Made by a program: the position numbers and the translations under genes. This document shows, in pieces, positions 8,179-17,898 of a DNA stretch of 51,355 nucleotides. Every line of letters starts with the position of its first letter. The first letter of the stretch is position 1. Under the pieces are notes generated by a model that saw only the letters and a program-made list of their open reading frames with translations, was not told where the DNA came from and did not search any database. Origin of the DNA: a virus (taxonomy: Duplodnaviria; Caudoviricetes); IMG/VR virus record IMGVR_UViG_3300050330_000092, positions 1 through 51,355 of that record; one strand, written 5' to 3'.

Positions 8179-8357
8179 GCGGCGGCGCCCGGGGTCGGCA
8201 CCAGGCGACACGGGCACAAGGCGACCCCCCGAGACGTCGTGACCGGCTCAGCGCACGTCACCGGCGAATGCGACCCATGCCCGCAGTTCGGACACGGCAT
8301 GTCGTGACACAGCGGCGGCCACGCCCGGAAGTCAGGATCAGGCGGCAGGACGTCCAC
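8175..8357 (-). CDS. Small Cys/His-rich protein
   Basis: CPNCGHxxH...C...CPC. Confidence 0.5.
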   Translation of the reverse strand: MDVLPPDPDFRAWPPLCHDMPCPNCGHGSHSPVTCAEPVTTSRGVALCPCRLVPTPGAAA

Positions 8358-8358
8358 G

Positions 8359-8742
8359 TCACGACGTCCGGCGCAGATCCGCGAGCTCACGCGACACGTC
8401 GAGGAGCTGCGACTGGATCTGCGACACCGTCTGCTCCAGCTCGAGGATCTTCGCGTCCTTCCGCTCCCCCTCCAGCCGCTCCTCACGCAGCTCCGTCTCC
8501 AGCCGCTCGATCCGCGCCTCGAACGACCGCCGCTCCGCGTCCCACGCCTTCTGGGTGAAGTCGAGCCGCATCTCGGCGTTCTCCAGCCGCTTCGCGTCGA
8601 TCTGCAGCTCGACCGTGGCCGCGGCGACTTCGCCGTCGGCGCGGTTCTTCCGGCGGTCTCGCAGGTACCCCCACAGGGCGCCACCGCTGCCGCCACCGAG
8701 GATGAGGGTCGCGACCGCGGCGGCGACCTCGCTGGAGCTCAT
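8359..8742 (-). CDS. Membrane-anchored coiled-coil protein (lysis accessory)
   Basis: N-terminal TM followed by a charged coiled coil; position upstream of the endolysin. Confidence 0.7.
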   Translation of the reverse strand: MSSSEVAAAVATLILGGGSGGALWGYLRDRRKNRADGEVAAATVELQIDAKRLENAEMRLDFTQKAWDAERRSFEARIERLETELREERLEGERKDAKILELEQTVSQIQSQLLDVSRELADLRRTS

Positions 8743-9179
8743 CAGCGGCCGCCGAGCATCAGGAGCCGCGCACCGCACATCCCTGCGAACGCGACGGGGA
8801 ACACGGCCGCGGTGAGTCCCGCGGAGCCGGCGAACGCGACGAGGGCGCCGCTGTAGATCAGGGTGGAGATCGCGAGGAGCCTCAGTCCGAGCCGGTAGGC
8901 GGGGATCCTGGTCACGACGTACCGGTCGTGTTCGACGCGGCGGATCGACGCGAGCCCGGACGCGAGCGCCACCGAGCCGACCACGAGGACCCCACCCCAG
9001 GCGCCGTACAGGGGGCCGGGGAGGACGGATTCGAGGGACTGGGACTCGGCGCCGGTGGCGACGACCCGGATGCCGGTGACGAAGCAGAGCAGCGCGAACA
9101 GCCACTCGGCGGGGTGGAACAGCACGCCGTCGGGGATGTGCTCGATGAGCCACAGCCGGGCGGCACCGTAGCGGGTCAC
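8742..9179 (-). CDS. Four-TM membrane protein (alternative start 9218)
   Basis: Four hydrophobic segments; RBS AGGAGG before GTG. Confidence 0.7.
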   Translation of the reverse strand: MTRYGAARLWLIEHIPDGVLFHPAEWLFALLCFVTGIRVVATGAESQSLESVLPGPLYGAWGGVLVVGSVALASGLASIRRVEHDRYVVTRIPAYRLGLRLLAISTLIYSGALVAFAGSAGLTAAVFPVAFAGMCGARLLMLGGR

Positions 9180-9350
9180 TGGCGCCTCCTGGGGCGGTCC
9201 TGGGCTCTCAGCGCACATCGCGTCTCCCTCGCGACTTGGGCCGGCGCGGTGTGTATCTGTGGGCCGCTCCGACGTACCTTCTAGGCAAGCGCGGTCGCCC
9301 GGTGCAGTCGGGTGGTTCGCGCTTAGGGTCCCGGTCTCCCCGGGGTCTGG

Positions 9351-9376
9351 CCCCCGGGGGCTTCGGCCCCTGGGGG
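9351..9376. terminator. GC hairpin after the Kelch tail gene
   Basis: CCCCCGGGGGC-TTCG-GCCCCTGGGGG; no strong U-tract. Confidence 0.45.
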
Positions 9377-9382
9377 TTCCTC

Positions 9383-11185
9383 TCAGCTGCTGCTCGAGGT
9401 GGTGCCGTTCGCGGCGACGGCGATCACTTCGATCCGGTCGCCGGAGTAGTCCCAGGATCCGACCGGGGTGCGGTACCGCCACGGGCTGTTCGTGGGCTCT
9501 TGGGTGGCGTGCCGTCGCTTCCCGACGATCCCGGTGTTGGGGTCGGGGTCGGTGATGTAGACGTCGTTGTACGCGGCGGCCGGCTCCCCGACGCCGGGGT
9601 CGGGGTTGGTGATCATGATCAGCAGCGACGCGTCGGACGCGTCGGGGTAGGGCGTGAACGTCGGGTTCGGGGGCCGCGTGTAGGACACGTCTCCGGACAC
9701 CGAGTCCCAGTCGGACCAGACGCCGCCGTCCTTGACACGCACCTGCACGTGCTCGGTGCGGTTGTTGGTGGCGAAGTCGAGCGGCAGGGTGCGGGTGAGG
9801 GTGTCGACGATCTCGCCCGTGTCGAAGTACACCACCGCGGTGTTCGGGTTGCCGGAGCCGTCGTCGGCGACACGGCGGACCTGGTAGGACTCCTGCGCCG
9901 GCGTCGACCAGTCGACCCGTTCGGCCTGGTCGAGGGTCTGACCGTTGATCGGGTACGTGATCGACGGCCCCGCGGGCGGGTCGGCGGCGGTGAACAGCCC
10001 CGACGGGGTCCACGCGGGTGCGGGTTCGCCGGCGGCGTCGTAGGTGAGGACCTGCCGCTCCCAGGGGCCCGGCGTGAACGTGCCGGGCGGGATATCGTGC
10101 CACGGGTTCGGCCACGCCTGGGTGCCGGTGATGGTCCACGTGGGTGACCCGACGGGACGGAGCCGGTAGTCGAACTTGGACTGGGAGTCCCCGATGTTCG
10201 GGTCGTTGAACTGGTGCCGGGCCCGGTTGGTCGCCGCGGTGGACACGACGACCCCGTCGATCATCGTCAACAGGGTCGCGACCGTGGGGGGCTCGTTCTG
10301 CTTGTACGCCCACGCCTGCGCGGTGACGGTGATCGTGTCGCCGACCAGCCCCCCGAGGAGGAACACCTGCCCGCCGGGCTCGGTCGCGACCGATGCTTCG
10401 ACCGCGCTGCCGGGATAGTCGGGGGTGACGCCCATCGACCAGGTCCCGGTGGCGGTGTAGTAGCCGTCGATGCGGGCCATCAGCTCGGTCGCGGACGAGG
10501 GGCCACCGAAGTTGACGTGCGGGAGGGTGATCACGACCCCGGACGGGAGCCGCGACACGTTCACCCGGACCGGGGTCTCGGTGTCCGGCATGACCGGGGT
10601 GGTGGTCCAGGTGTCGCCGACCGGGTCGTAGACGGCGAGCGTGTCGGTGTTGGTGCCGGTGGCGAGGTAGACCTTGTTGTCGGCGCCGAGGACGCCCGGG
10701 GAGACAGTGGCGGCCTCGGCCGCGATCGCAGAGGGCATGTCGGCGCGGGCGGTCCACAGGCCGGTGGCGGGGTCGTACCGGTGCACCGAGGTGACGCTGC
10801 CCGAGGTCGAGGACTGGCCGCCGGCGAGGTAGAACCGGCCCGCGTCGTCGACGAAGTGGTGCGCCGTGATCCGCGCGACGACGGGGGCGGTGGTGGCGGT
10901 GGCCCAGGTGTTCGTCTCCGGGTCGTACAGGTAGTGCGCCCCCGTGCCCGGGAACACCAGGTGCAGGCCGTCGGTCGCGGAGAACGCGTAGGCGAGGCCG
11001 GTGGCGGGGAGCACGGCGCCCGTGGTCCACGTGTTCCCGGTGGGGTCGTAGATGTAGAGGGTGTTCTGGAACGCACCGTCGAACGCCAGCTGGCCACCGG
11101 CGAGGTAGACCTTCCCGTCGTGCCAGCAGGCGGCGGCCTGGTAGCGGGCCGCGGGGAGCGCGGCGAGCTGCCGCCACGACCCCAT
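9383..11185 (-). CDS. Minor tail protein with N-terminal Kelch beta-propeller
   Basis: Repeated YLAGG...YDPxxxTW blades followed by an Ig/FN3-like tail region. Confidence 0.8.
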   Translation of the reverse strand: MGSWRQLAALPAARYQAAACWHDGKVYLAGGQLAFDGAFQNTLYIYDPTGNTWTTGAVLPATGLAYAFSATDGLHLVFPGTGAHYLYDPETNTWATATTAPVVARITAHHFVDDAGRFYLAGGQSSTSGSVTSVHRYDPATGLWTARADMPSAIAAEAATVSPGVLGADNKVYLATGTNTDTLAVYDPVGDTWTTTPVMPDTETPVRVNVSRLPSGVVITLPHVNFGGPSSATELMARIDGYYTATGTWSMGVTPDYPGSAVEASVATEPGGQVFLLGGLVGDTITVTAQAWAYKQNEPPTVATLLTMIDGVVVSTAATNRARHQFNDPNIGDSQSKFDYRLRPVGSPTWTITGTQAWPNPWHDIPPGTFTPGPWERQVLTYDAAGEPAPAWTPSGLFTAADPPAGPSITYPINGQTLDQAERVDWSTPAQESYQVRRVADDGSGNPNTAVVYFDTGEIVDTLTRTLPLDFATNNRTEHVQVRVKDGGVWSDWDSVSGDVSYTRPPNPTFTPYPDASDASLLIMITNPDPGVGEPAAAYNDVYITDPDPNTGIVGKRRHATQEPTNSPWRYRTPVGSWDYSGDRIEVIAVAANGTTSSSS

Positions 11186-11186
11186 C

Positions 11187-11492
11187 TCAGGCGTCCTCAG
11201 CCGCGAGGATCACACCGAGCCCCGCGAGCGAGTCGATCGGTGTCCGCGGCGCCGCCGTCCACTGACCAGCCGAACCGACCACACGGGTCACGACGGGCGG
11301 GGTGACGTTGTCGCGGACCGCGAGACACACCGTCCCGTCGGTGAACACCACGACCTCGGGACTGGTGTCGGCGACGGTCAGAGCGGCCACGGAGGCCGTG
11401 TCGAACCGTGCCGCGAGCACGGCCCGCGCGGCCGCTTCCCGGGCCGCCCGTGCAGCCTCGGCGGCCGCGAGCGCATCCTCACGCAGACCCAT
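11187..11492 (-). CDS. Hypothetical tail-region protein
   Basis: Tight packing, RBS GAGGGG. Confidence 0.6.
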   Translation of the reverse strand: MGLREDALAAAEAARAAREAAARAVLAARFDTASVAALTVADTSPEVVVFTDGTVCLAVRDNVTPPVVTRVVGSAGQWTAAPRTPIDSLAGLGVILAAEDA

Positions 11493-11512
11493 CGCCCCTC
11501 ACCCCTTCCCTG

Positions 11513-11710
11513 TTAGCTCTCGACGCCCTGGACGATCGGGACCTGCGGGTTCCGGACCGTGACCCGCACCCGCTGCCCCACGCTGTAGGCGGCGACGTCC
11601 AGCACGTACGCCGGGCAGGGCGAGGTGGCGCCGTCGACCACGATCCACAGGTCCGGGGACGCGGACGTGACCGTCGCGGTCACCGTGGTCTCCCCACGAT
11701 CCGTGCTCAC
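11513..11710 (-). CDS. Small tail-tip OB-fold-like protein
   Basis: ATVTSASP...VGQRVRV; GTGA overlap with the upstream gene. Confidence 0.6.
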   Translation of the reverse strand: MSTDRGETTVTATVTSASPDLWIVVDGATSPCPAYVLDVAAYSVGQRVRVTVRNPQVPIVQGVES

Positions 11711-13272
11711 AGCGCCACCTCCAGCACCGTCCGGCCCGGAGACCCGTCGAGCTGCAGCTCCCACGACACGACCTCCGCGACCGCCGCGTCGTCACCGTCG
11801 ACGTACCGGACCACGTCCAGGTGCCCGGAGATCGGGAGCGGATCCACCGACAGGGTGATCGTCCGGGTGGCGGCCATGTCCTCGGCCTTCGCCCGCTCGA
11901 CCTGTGCGACGAGCGCCGCCTGGTCGACCGCGTCCACGTACATGACCTTCTTCCGGACCTTCCCCAGCGACGCGATCGACGACGGGCCCGTCGCCGCGTT
12001 GTCGACCGTGTAGATCCCGTCACCCTCGACTGGCTGCACCGCCATCCCGCGGCGCACACCGACCCACCGGTTCGCCTTGTCCCACACGTCCTGCTCGGAG
12101 TCACCATCCGCGCCGACAAGACTCGCCCGCTCGTCGCCCACGTCGTGAACCCAGTCGACGGGCCGCTGCTCGGGCGGCACGAACGGTTCACTGCGGTAGT
12201 TGCCGTCCTGGTCAACCCACAGGCGCCCGTAGCCGACCGCCTCGAGGAGGTCGTTGCACACGTCCAACCACGTCGACTGGTCCGTCTCCGTCAACGCCCA
12301 CACCATCGGCCCCGGCAACACCGCAACCTGCTGGGTGCCGTCGACCAGGAACGGCGCCCCTCCGCCGGCGGTCTCGATCACAGCCCGCACCGCATCGAGA
12401 CACGTGGTCGACTGGCCGACCACACTGAACTTGTCCACCCACGTCTGCTGCCCGCTGGTGGAATCGTGCGTGGCCAGCCCGTAGAACCCCGACGACTGGG
12501 TCGCGACCCACAACCACTCGATGTGGTTCATCGCGCCCTTCGTGGCCGTGAACCACGGAGAGCCGTCGACGAACGCGATGTCGATCCGGTACTCGTCGGG
12601 GTCGGTGAGCCCGACATAGAAGTCGACGACGAACTTGTAGGTCTTCCCCACGATGAACTCGTCGGAGAACGAGTTCGCCCATGACGCCGCCCCGGTGGGC
12701 CAGGTGATCTGCATGGTGTGTGTGCCATCGACCGCGTGCGACGTCGACCAGTCGAGCGTCGCGGGGGTGTAGGCGCCGAACGCGGCGTTGGACTCCCACC
12801 CGGTGATCCCCGCCTCGAACGACGGGTCGGTGACGAGGTCGGTTCCCTCCTCGGGGAGCACGACGTAGGTGTCGCCGATCGGGTCGAGCAGCACCTGGGT
12901 CAGGTCGTACCCCTGCACGTCGAACGTCGCCGGCGTCTCCCCCCGCGGCGTCTTCGGGGTCGTGAGCACGTACACGCCCAGGTTGAACCGCGCCGACACG
13001 GCCGCGTTGGAGAGCGTCATGTAGACCCGGACCCGGTCCCGCCCCCACGCCAATGGTCGCTGGATCTGCAGCGAGCACTTCCCCGGCACCGTGTCACGGC
13101 CCTCGTAGAACACCCGCCCCCCGGCCAGGTCCGCCGAGATGTCGTCCACGTACCGGTTGCGTGAGTCCAGCAGCTCGAGGCCGGCCTCGATGGTGACCTC
13201 GTCCCCGGTGATGAGGTCCTTCACCTGCTGCTCGGTGAGGTGCTCCCGCGGCGGCGCCGTCAACGGCTGCAC
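11707..13272 (-). CDS. Minor tail (hub/Tal-like) protein with inserted carbohydrate-binding-like module
   Basis: NLGVYVLTTP, LWVDQDG tail motifs; insertion starting DLVTDPSFEAGITGW. Confidence 0.7.
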   Translation of the reverse strand: MQPLTAPPREHLTEQQVKDLITGDEVTIEAGLELLDSRNRYVDDISADLAGGRVFYEGRDTVPGKCSLQIQRPLAWGRDRVRVYMTLSNAAVSARFNLGVYVLTTPKTPRGETPATFDVQGYDLTQVLLDPIGDTYVVLPEEGTDLVTDPSFEAGITGWESNAAFGAYTPATLDWSTSHAVDGTHTMQITWPTGAASWANSFSDEFIVGKTYKFVVDFYVGLTDPDEYRIDIAFVDGSPWFTATKGAMNHIEWLWVATQSSGFYGLATHDSTSGQQTWVDKFSVVGQSTTCLDAVRAVIETAGGGAPFLVDGTQQVAVLPGPMVWALTETDQSTWLDVCNDLLEAVGYGRLWVDQDGNYRSEPFVPPEQRPVDWVHDVGDERASLVGADGDSEQDVWDKANRWVGVRRGMAVQPVEGDGIYTVDNAATGPSSIASLGKVRKKVMYVDAVDQAALVAQVERAKAEDMAATRTITLSVDPLPISGHLDVVRYVDGDDAAVAEVVSWELQLDGSPGRTVLEVAL

Positions 13273-13274
13273 GA

Positions 13275-13703
13275 CTACACAGCCTCGGAGTGGGTGACCT
13301 GGTCGATGGTGATCTTCACGTCGATGCGGTCCCGGTACGCCGTGGCGATCTCGCGCGGGGCCTCCACCCAGGTGCCGTAGAATTTCGTCCCGACGTGGTC
13401 CCGGACACACATCAGCACCCCGGTGCGGTCCCGCAACCAGGCCACCTGGTCCCGGTCACACCGCACCAGGGTGATGCTCAGCGACTCGACCCGGCCCACT
13501 CGCCCGCCGGCGCCCTGCTGGATGAGCCGACGCCGGTTCGCGAGCTGCCGCACCTCCACCCTGGCCTGGGTGTTCGCGGACAGGGCCTCCCCGGTGTACT
13601 CGAACGACCGGACGTCGGCCAGGTCGGTGGCGGTGTTGAACCAGACCGCGGACAGGTCCAACCCGGTCCCGGGCGTGGTCGCGAGGTCGACGATTATCGG
13701 CAT
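13275..13703 (-). CDS. Distal tail-like protein
   Basis: Immediately follows the tape measure; CVRDHVGTKFYG. Confidence 0.6.
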   Translation of the reverse strand: MPIIVDLATTPGTGLDLSAVWFNTATDLADVRSFEYTGEALSANTQARVEVRQLANRRRLIQQGAGGRVGRVESLSITLVRCDRDQVAWLRDRTGVLMCVRDHVGTKFYGTWVEAPREIATAYRDRIDVKITIDQVTHSEAV

Positions 13704-16700
13704 CTACCGTCCCCCTCCTCGGGTGATGTGCCGCAGGGCTCGTGCGGTGTCCTCTGGGAGCCCGTGGAGGGTGGTGCTGATCTCCGCGAGCTGCGGCTGC
13801 AGCAGCGCTGCCCCGGCCTCGGCGCCGGCGCGGACCTGCTCCCCGAGGACCGCCTGGGTGGCTTCGAGCAGCGTCAGGGTGGTGTCGACAGCCGAGATGA
13901 GCTGGTTCGTCTGGTCGATCTGCGCCTGCAACGCGGCCTGCTGTTCTCCGTAGACGGCCTGTGTGGTCATCGCCGCCAGCTGGGCGGCCGCGTCCTCGCG
14001 GGCCTTGAACATGGCCTCGAACTGGTCGATCTCGGCTGGTGACAGGCCGGCGAGCTGCTGCGCGGTGGCCACGTCGAACTCGGTGGCGAGTCCGCGGTAG
14101 ATCGCGCTCGACGGGTCGAGCCCGGCCGCGACCAGCTGCCGCAGCGCCTGCGTGAGGGCCTGCGCGTCCGCGGTGTCCGCGGTGACCCCGGCCCGTAGTG
14201 CGTCCAGCCCGGTCAACGCGGCCCCGCCGCCCGGGTTCTGCAGGAGCGCGATCTGCTGCATCAGCCGCGACGCCTGCGCTGCGGCACCGGGCCCCCCGGA
14301 CGCCTGGATCGCCGCCAGCTGCGCCTGCGCGGCCGCGAGTTCCGGAGACACCACGTTCGCGTGGCTCCGCGAGAATGGGTTCGATAGGACGTTGTTCGCG
14401 ACCTGCGTCCCGAACGCTTCCATGGTGCGGTTCAGGTCGTCGAGCTGGGACTGCTGCTCGTTCAACGTGTCGACGAGCGCCGCGCGCTTCTCGGTCTCGG
14501 CCTCGATCGCTGCCGTGGTCGCGTCGTACTCCCGGGCGGTGGCCTCCATGTCCTTCGCCCAGGCACGCAGCCCCTGGGACCAGACGCCGCCGGCGTCGAG
14601 GATCTGCTGCTTGAACGCGTCAATCTGCGCCCGTACACCCTGCGCGACGGTCTGCGGCTCCGATGGGAGGAGCCCGTCGAACGACAGACCGGCGGCGGCG
14701 TCCCGGAGCGCGGTACGACGCTCGATCTCCTCGCGGTGCTCGGCCAGCCGGAGCTCCTTGCGGGCCTTCCGCAGCTCGAGCTCCGCGATCATCCGGTCCA
14801 GGCCCTCGAGCTTGTCCTTCCCGCCCGCCCGGAGCGACCGCTGCAGGTCCCGGATCTGCTGCATGATCTGCGCGATCGCGAGCTGGTCCTCCAGGGAGCG
14901 GCGCTGCGTCGAGGCTCGGCCAGCGAACCCGCCGTCGGCGAGCATCCCCTTGACCTGTAGTCGGGAGAACCCGGCGTTGATGCCCATGATCACGTCCCGG
15001 AACCGGTCAGTCTCCCCGTTGCGGTTGGTCGTGATCCCTTCGCCGTCGGCGAGGAGGTACGGGTGCCGGTCGGCGTACGGGAGCCCGGTCTTCGGGACGA
15101 ACCCGCCGCCGGCCTGCGGGGTGGACGGATCACCGTCGCGGCCGCCGCCGGCGTGCACGTTCGACGCGTTGATCTGGTTCACGTAGTAGGTGAGCCGCAC
15201 GGTCTTGTCGTGCAGGGTGGCCATCTCGGCCTTGACAGCCTTGATCGCCCGCAGCGCCGGGTCGTTGTCGGCCTCGAGCTTCACCACGACCGACTTCGGG
15301 ATCTCCAGGAGCCGCTTCGCGAGGTCCCGGGCCCGGTCGATCGGGACACCCATCGCGGTCGCGGTGTCGATGAACGCCTTGCGGGCTGCGTGGAACTTGT
15401 CGACGTTGTTGCGGACGGCGTCGGACTGGTTGTTCCATGCGGCGGCGAGCTGCGAGAGCGCCTGCCGGTTCTCCCGGCCGGCCTCGGTGTTCTCGTCGAT
15501 GCCGCGCTTGCCCTTCGCGGCGGCAGCGCGGGCGTCTGCGAGGGCCTGCCCGTACCGGGTGACAGCGTCGAATGCGCCGAGGGCAGCGGAGGTCTGCTCC
15601 TCCATCGCGGCCACGAGCCCGTTGATCTCGGTGCGGGTCTGTCGCGCGATCCGGCTGGTGAGGGTCATCGCGGCCGCGTGCCGCTCTTCGGCGCCCTTCG
15701 CGAGCAGTGCCGCCTCGGCCTCGTCGTGCTTGGCCTCGGCGAGGTCCTCGGTGCCGGTGACCAGCTCGTTGACGCCGGCGACCCAGCCCTTGGCGTTGTC
15801 GGCCATCGACCTGATCGGGTCGGACAGGTCGATCGAGAACGGGTTGAACTTAGAGAACGTGTCGTTCGTGGACGCGATCTGCTCGTCCAGGTTCCTGAGT
15901 TGGGCTTCGAGATCGGCGTACCCCGCACCGGACTCGATCGCGTTGTCGACGGCCCGGATCGCGGACTCGAGGTCGTTGTTCGCGGACGCGATGTCCATCG
16001 TGAGCCCGAGCGCAGCGCCACCGGCGGCACCCCACGGCCCGAGCATGGTGCCCGTCAGCCCGAGCATCGCGGTGTTCGATAGGCCAAGCCCGTCCGCGGC
16101 GCCGGTGGACGCGACCGCGAGCCCGGCGGCCACACCCGCCATGCGGCCCATCGCCGCGAGCGTCGTGCGGGCGCGCTGCTGTTCGACCGCGCCGAGCTGC
16201 TGCGCGGACATCCGGGCACGGTCCTGGGCGGAGGTGACCGTCATGACCGCGCCGGCGGCCTTGGCCTGGCCGGCCACGAACCCGCCGACCGCCGTCTTCG
16301 ACACGGACGCCCACGCCTGGGTGGCGAGCCGGAGCGCCGACATGGCCGCCAGCCCGGCGAGGATTGGGGTCCCCATGTCGCTGTCTGCGATGGTCTCCAC
16401 GACCTTCGCGACCGCCGTCAACGCCGGCACTAGCACCGCCCCGATCGGAGCGCCTGCTTCCGCGATCGCGGCAAGGGACATGACGAGCTGCCCGATGAGG
16501 TCGGCGACCTGTGGGCCGGTCTGCTGGAGGTAGTCGATGAACTCCCGGAACCCGTCGGACTCCGACAGCCCGGCGCTCCACTCAGCGAACGCCTGCGTCA
16601 TCGACACCAGCCCGCCGGTAAAGTCCCGAGACAGGGGAGCGAACGCGGCGATCATGTTCGCGAGACCCTCGACCACGAACCCGGTGGCGCGCGCGAACTC

Positions 16701-17468
16701 GTGGAGGGTACGAACCCCGTCGGACTCCAGGAAGGTGAAGAACCGGTCGAACCGGTCACCGCCGAGGGCTTCGCCAGCCCCGGCTGTCAGGTCACCGAGC
16801 TCGGTGGAGACGTCGAACAGGAACCGCCGCAGTTCCGGGAGCCGCTGCAGCAGTCCGTCGATCCCTTCCTCGACCCCGGGGAGGAACCCAGCACGGGCCA
16901 GGTTCTGCAGGTCCCGCAGGGTCGGGTCGAGGGAGTCGAGGTAGTTGGCGAAGTCAGCGCCGGCGGGCCCGAGCTTGTCGAGCTCGGCGCGCATCTTCTC
17001 GAGGTTCGCGGTGGTGGGCTCGATCTGGTAGGCGTCGATCGCCTTGAGGGCGTCCCCGACCCCGTTGAACGCGATCAGGGCGACACCGGCAGCCGCGGCG
17101 GCGGCCCCGAGTCCGGCGGTCAAGCCGGCGACCGCGGGTACGGCGGCGCCGCCGATGGGGATGAGGGCCGGGCCGAGGGCAACCGCGGTGCGGACCAGCA
17201 GCCCGAGCCGGCCGCTGTACCGGTCGATGTCACGGGAACCGTCCCGCAGCTGCGCCGAGGTCTTCCCGGCGTCGTCGCCGACGCCGCGGAGGCTGGTTCC
17301 CATCCGGTCGGTGTCTCGCGAGGTCCGCACAGACGTGCCGGAGAGGCTGTTCAGCTCGTGGTTCAGCAGCGCCGTGGACGCGGCAGCGCGTGCCATACCG
17401 GTGGTGAAGTTGTCTTCGAGCTCCAGCAGCACCCGCTCACGGCGTGTGACCAAGACGTTCACCTCCAC
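13704..17468 (-). CDS. Tape measure protein
   Basis: 1254 aa, Ala/Gly-rich helical, after the tail chaperones. Confidence 0.92.
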   Translation of the reverse strand: MEVNVLVTRRERVLLELEDNFTTGMARAAASTALLNHELNSLSGTSVRTSRDTDRMGTSLRGVGDDAGKTSAQLRDGSRDIDRYSGRLGLLVRTAVALGPALIPIGGAAVPAVAGLTAGLGAAAAAAGVALIAFNGVGDALKAIDAYQIEPTTANLEKMRAELDKLGPAGADFANYLDSLDPTLRDLQNLARAGFLPGVEEGIDGLLQRLPELRRFLFDVSTELGDLTAGAGEALGGDRFDRFFTFLESDGVRTLHEFARATGFVVEGLANMIAAFAPLSRDFTGGLVSMTQAFAEWSAGLSESDGFREFIDYLQQTGPQVADLIGQLVMSLAAIAEAGAPIGAVLVPALTAVAKVVETIADSDMGTPILAGLAAMSALRLATQAWASVSKTAVGGFVAGQAKAAGAVMTVTSAQDRARMSAQQLGAVEQQRARTTLAAMGRMAGVAAGLAVASTGAADGLGLSNTAMLGLTGTMLGPWGAAGGAALGLTMDIASANNDLESAIRAVDNAIESGAGYADLEAQLRNLDEQIASTNDTFSKFNPFSIDLSDPIRSMADNAKGWVAGVNELVTGTEDLAEAKHDEAEAALLAKGAEERHAAAMTLTSRIARQTRTEINGLVAAMEEQTSAALGAFDAVTRYGQALADARAAAAKGKRGIDENTEAGRENRQALSQLAAAWNNQSDAVRNNVDKFHAARKAFIDTATAMGVPIDRARDLAKRLLEIPKSVVVKLEADNDPALRAIKAVKAEMATLHDKTVRLTYYVNQINASNVHAGGGRDGDPSTPQAGGGFVPKTGLPYADRHPYLLADGEGITTNRNGETDRFRDVIMGINAGFSRLQVKGMLADGGFAGRASTQRRSLEDQLAIAQIMQQIRDLQRSLRAGGKDKLEGLDRMIAELELRKARKELRLAEHREEIERRTALRDAAAGLSFDGLLPSEPQTVAQGVRAQIDAFKQQILDAGGVWSQGLRAWAKDMEATAREYDATTAAIEAETEKRAALVDTLNEQQSQLDDLNRTMEAFGTQVANNVLSNPFSRSHANVVSPELAAAQAQLAAIQASGGPGAAAQASRLMQQIALLQNPGGGAALTGLDALRAGVTADTADAQALTQALRQLVAAGLDPSSAIYRGLATEFDVATAQQLAGLSPAEIDQFEAMFKAREDAAAQLAAMTTQAVYGEQQAALQAQIDQTNQLISAVDTTLTLLEATQAVLGEQVRAGAEAGAALLQPQLAEISTTLHGLPEDTARALRHITRGGGR

Positions 17469-17493
17469 GCTGGTTCGGGGCTACCCTCGACAG

Positions 17494-17898
17494 ATGCGAG
17501 GCGTGATCTGGTTGACGGCCGCGACTGCCGTGGTGGTGCTGACGCTGGATGGATGCGGCGGCAGCGACTCCACCAGCGGCACACCAGACGCCGGTGCATC
17601 GAGGCCGGCGGCGCGGACCCTCGCGGAGACCTGCCCGCTGGTCGAGGACGCCACTCCCACCGGTCTGGCGCCGTCTCCGGGCCGGCTTGCGGCGTACGCC
17701 GCAGACCTGTCGGGGTTCGCGGCCGCGGGTGATGCGGAGACTCGGAACGCCCTGCGACCGATCCAGAAGGCCGTCGAGGCTACCCGGACCGCCGAGCCCG
17801 GTCAGGCGTCACTCGACGCGTTCGACCAGTGGACCGCCGCTATCGACACTCTCGCTGCCCGCTGCAACGCTGTCGGCTCGGGCGCGTTCCAGGGATGA
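17494..17898 (+). CDS. Lipoprotein moron
   Basis: Signal peptide with lipobox-like LDGC; TACCCT -10 box 6 nt upstream (leaderless); opposite strand to the tail operon. Confidence 0.75.
   Translation: MRGVIWLTAATAVVVLTLDGCGGSDSTSGTPDAGASRPAARTLAETCPLVEDATPTGLAPSPGRLAAYAADLSGFAAAGDAETRNALRPIQKAVEATRTAEPGQASLDAFDQWTAAIDTLAARCNAVGSGAFQG

Noticed and set aside
9340-9390. CTGAGAG...CGAAG resembling a hammerhead ribozyme core
   Set aside because: Does not fit CUGANGA/GAAA, and no stem I/III with a cleavage triplet was found
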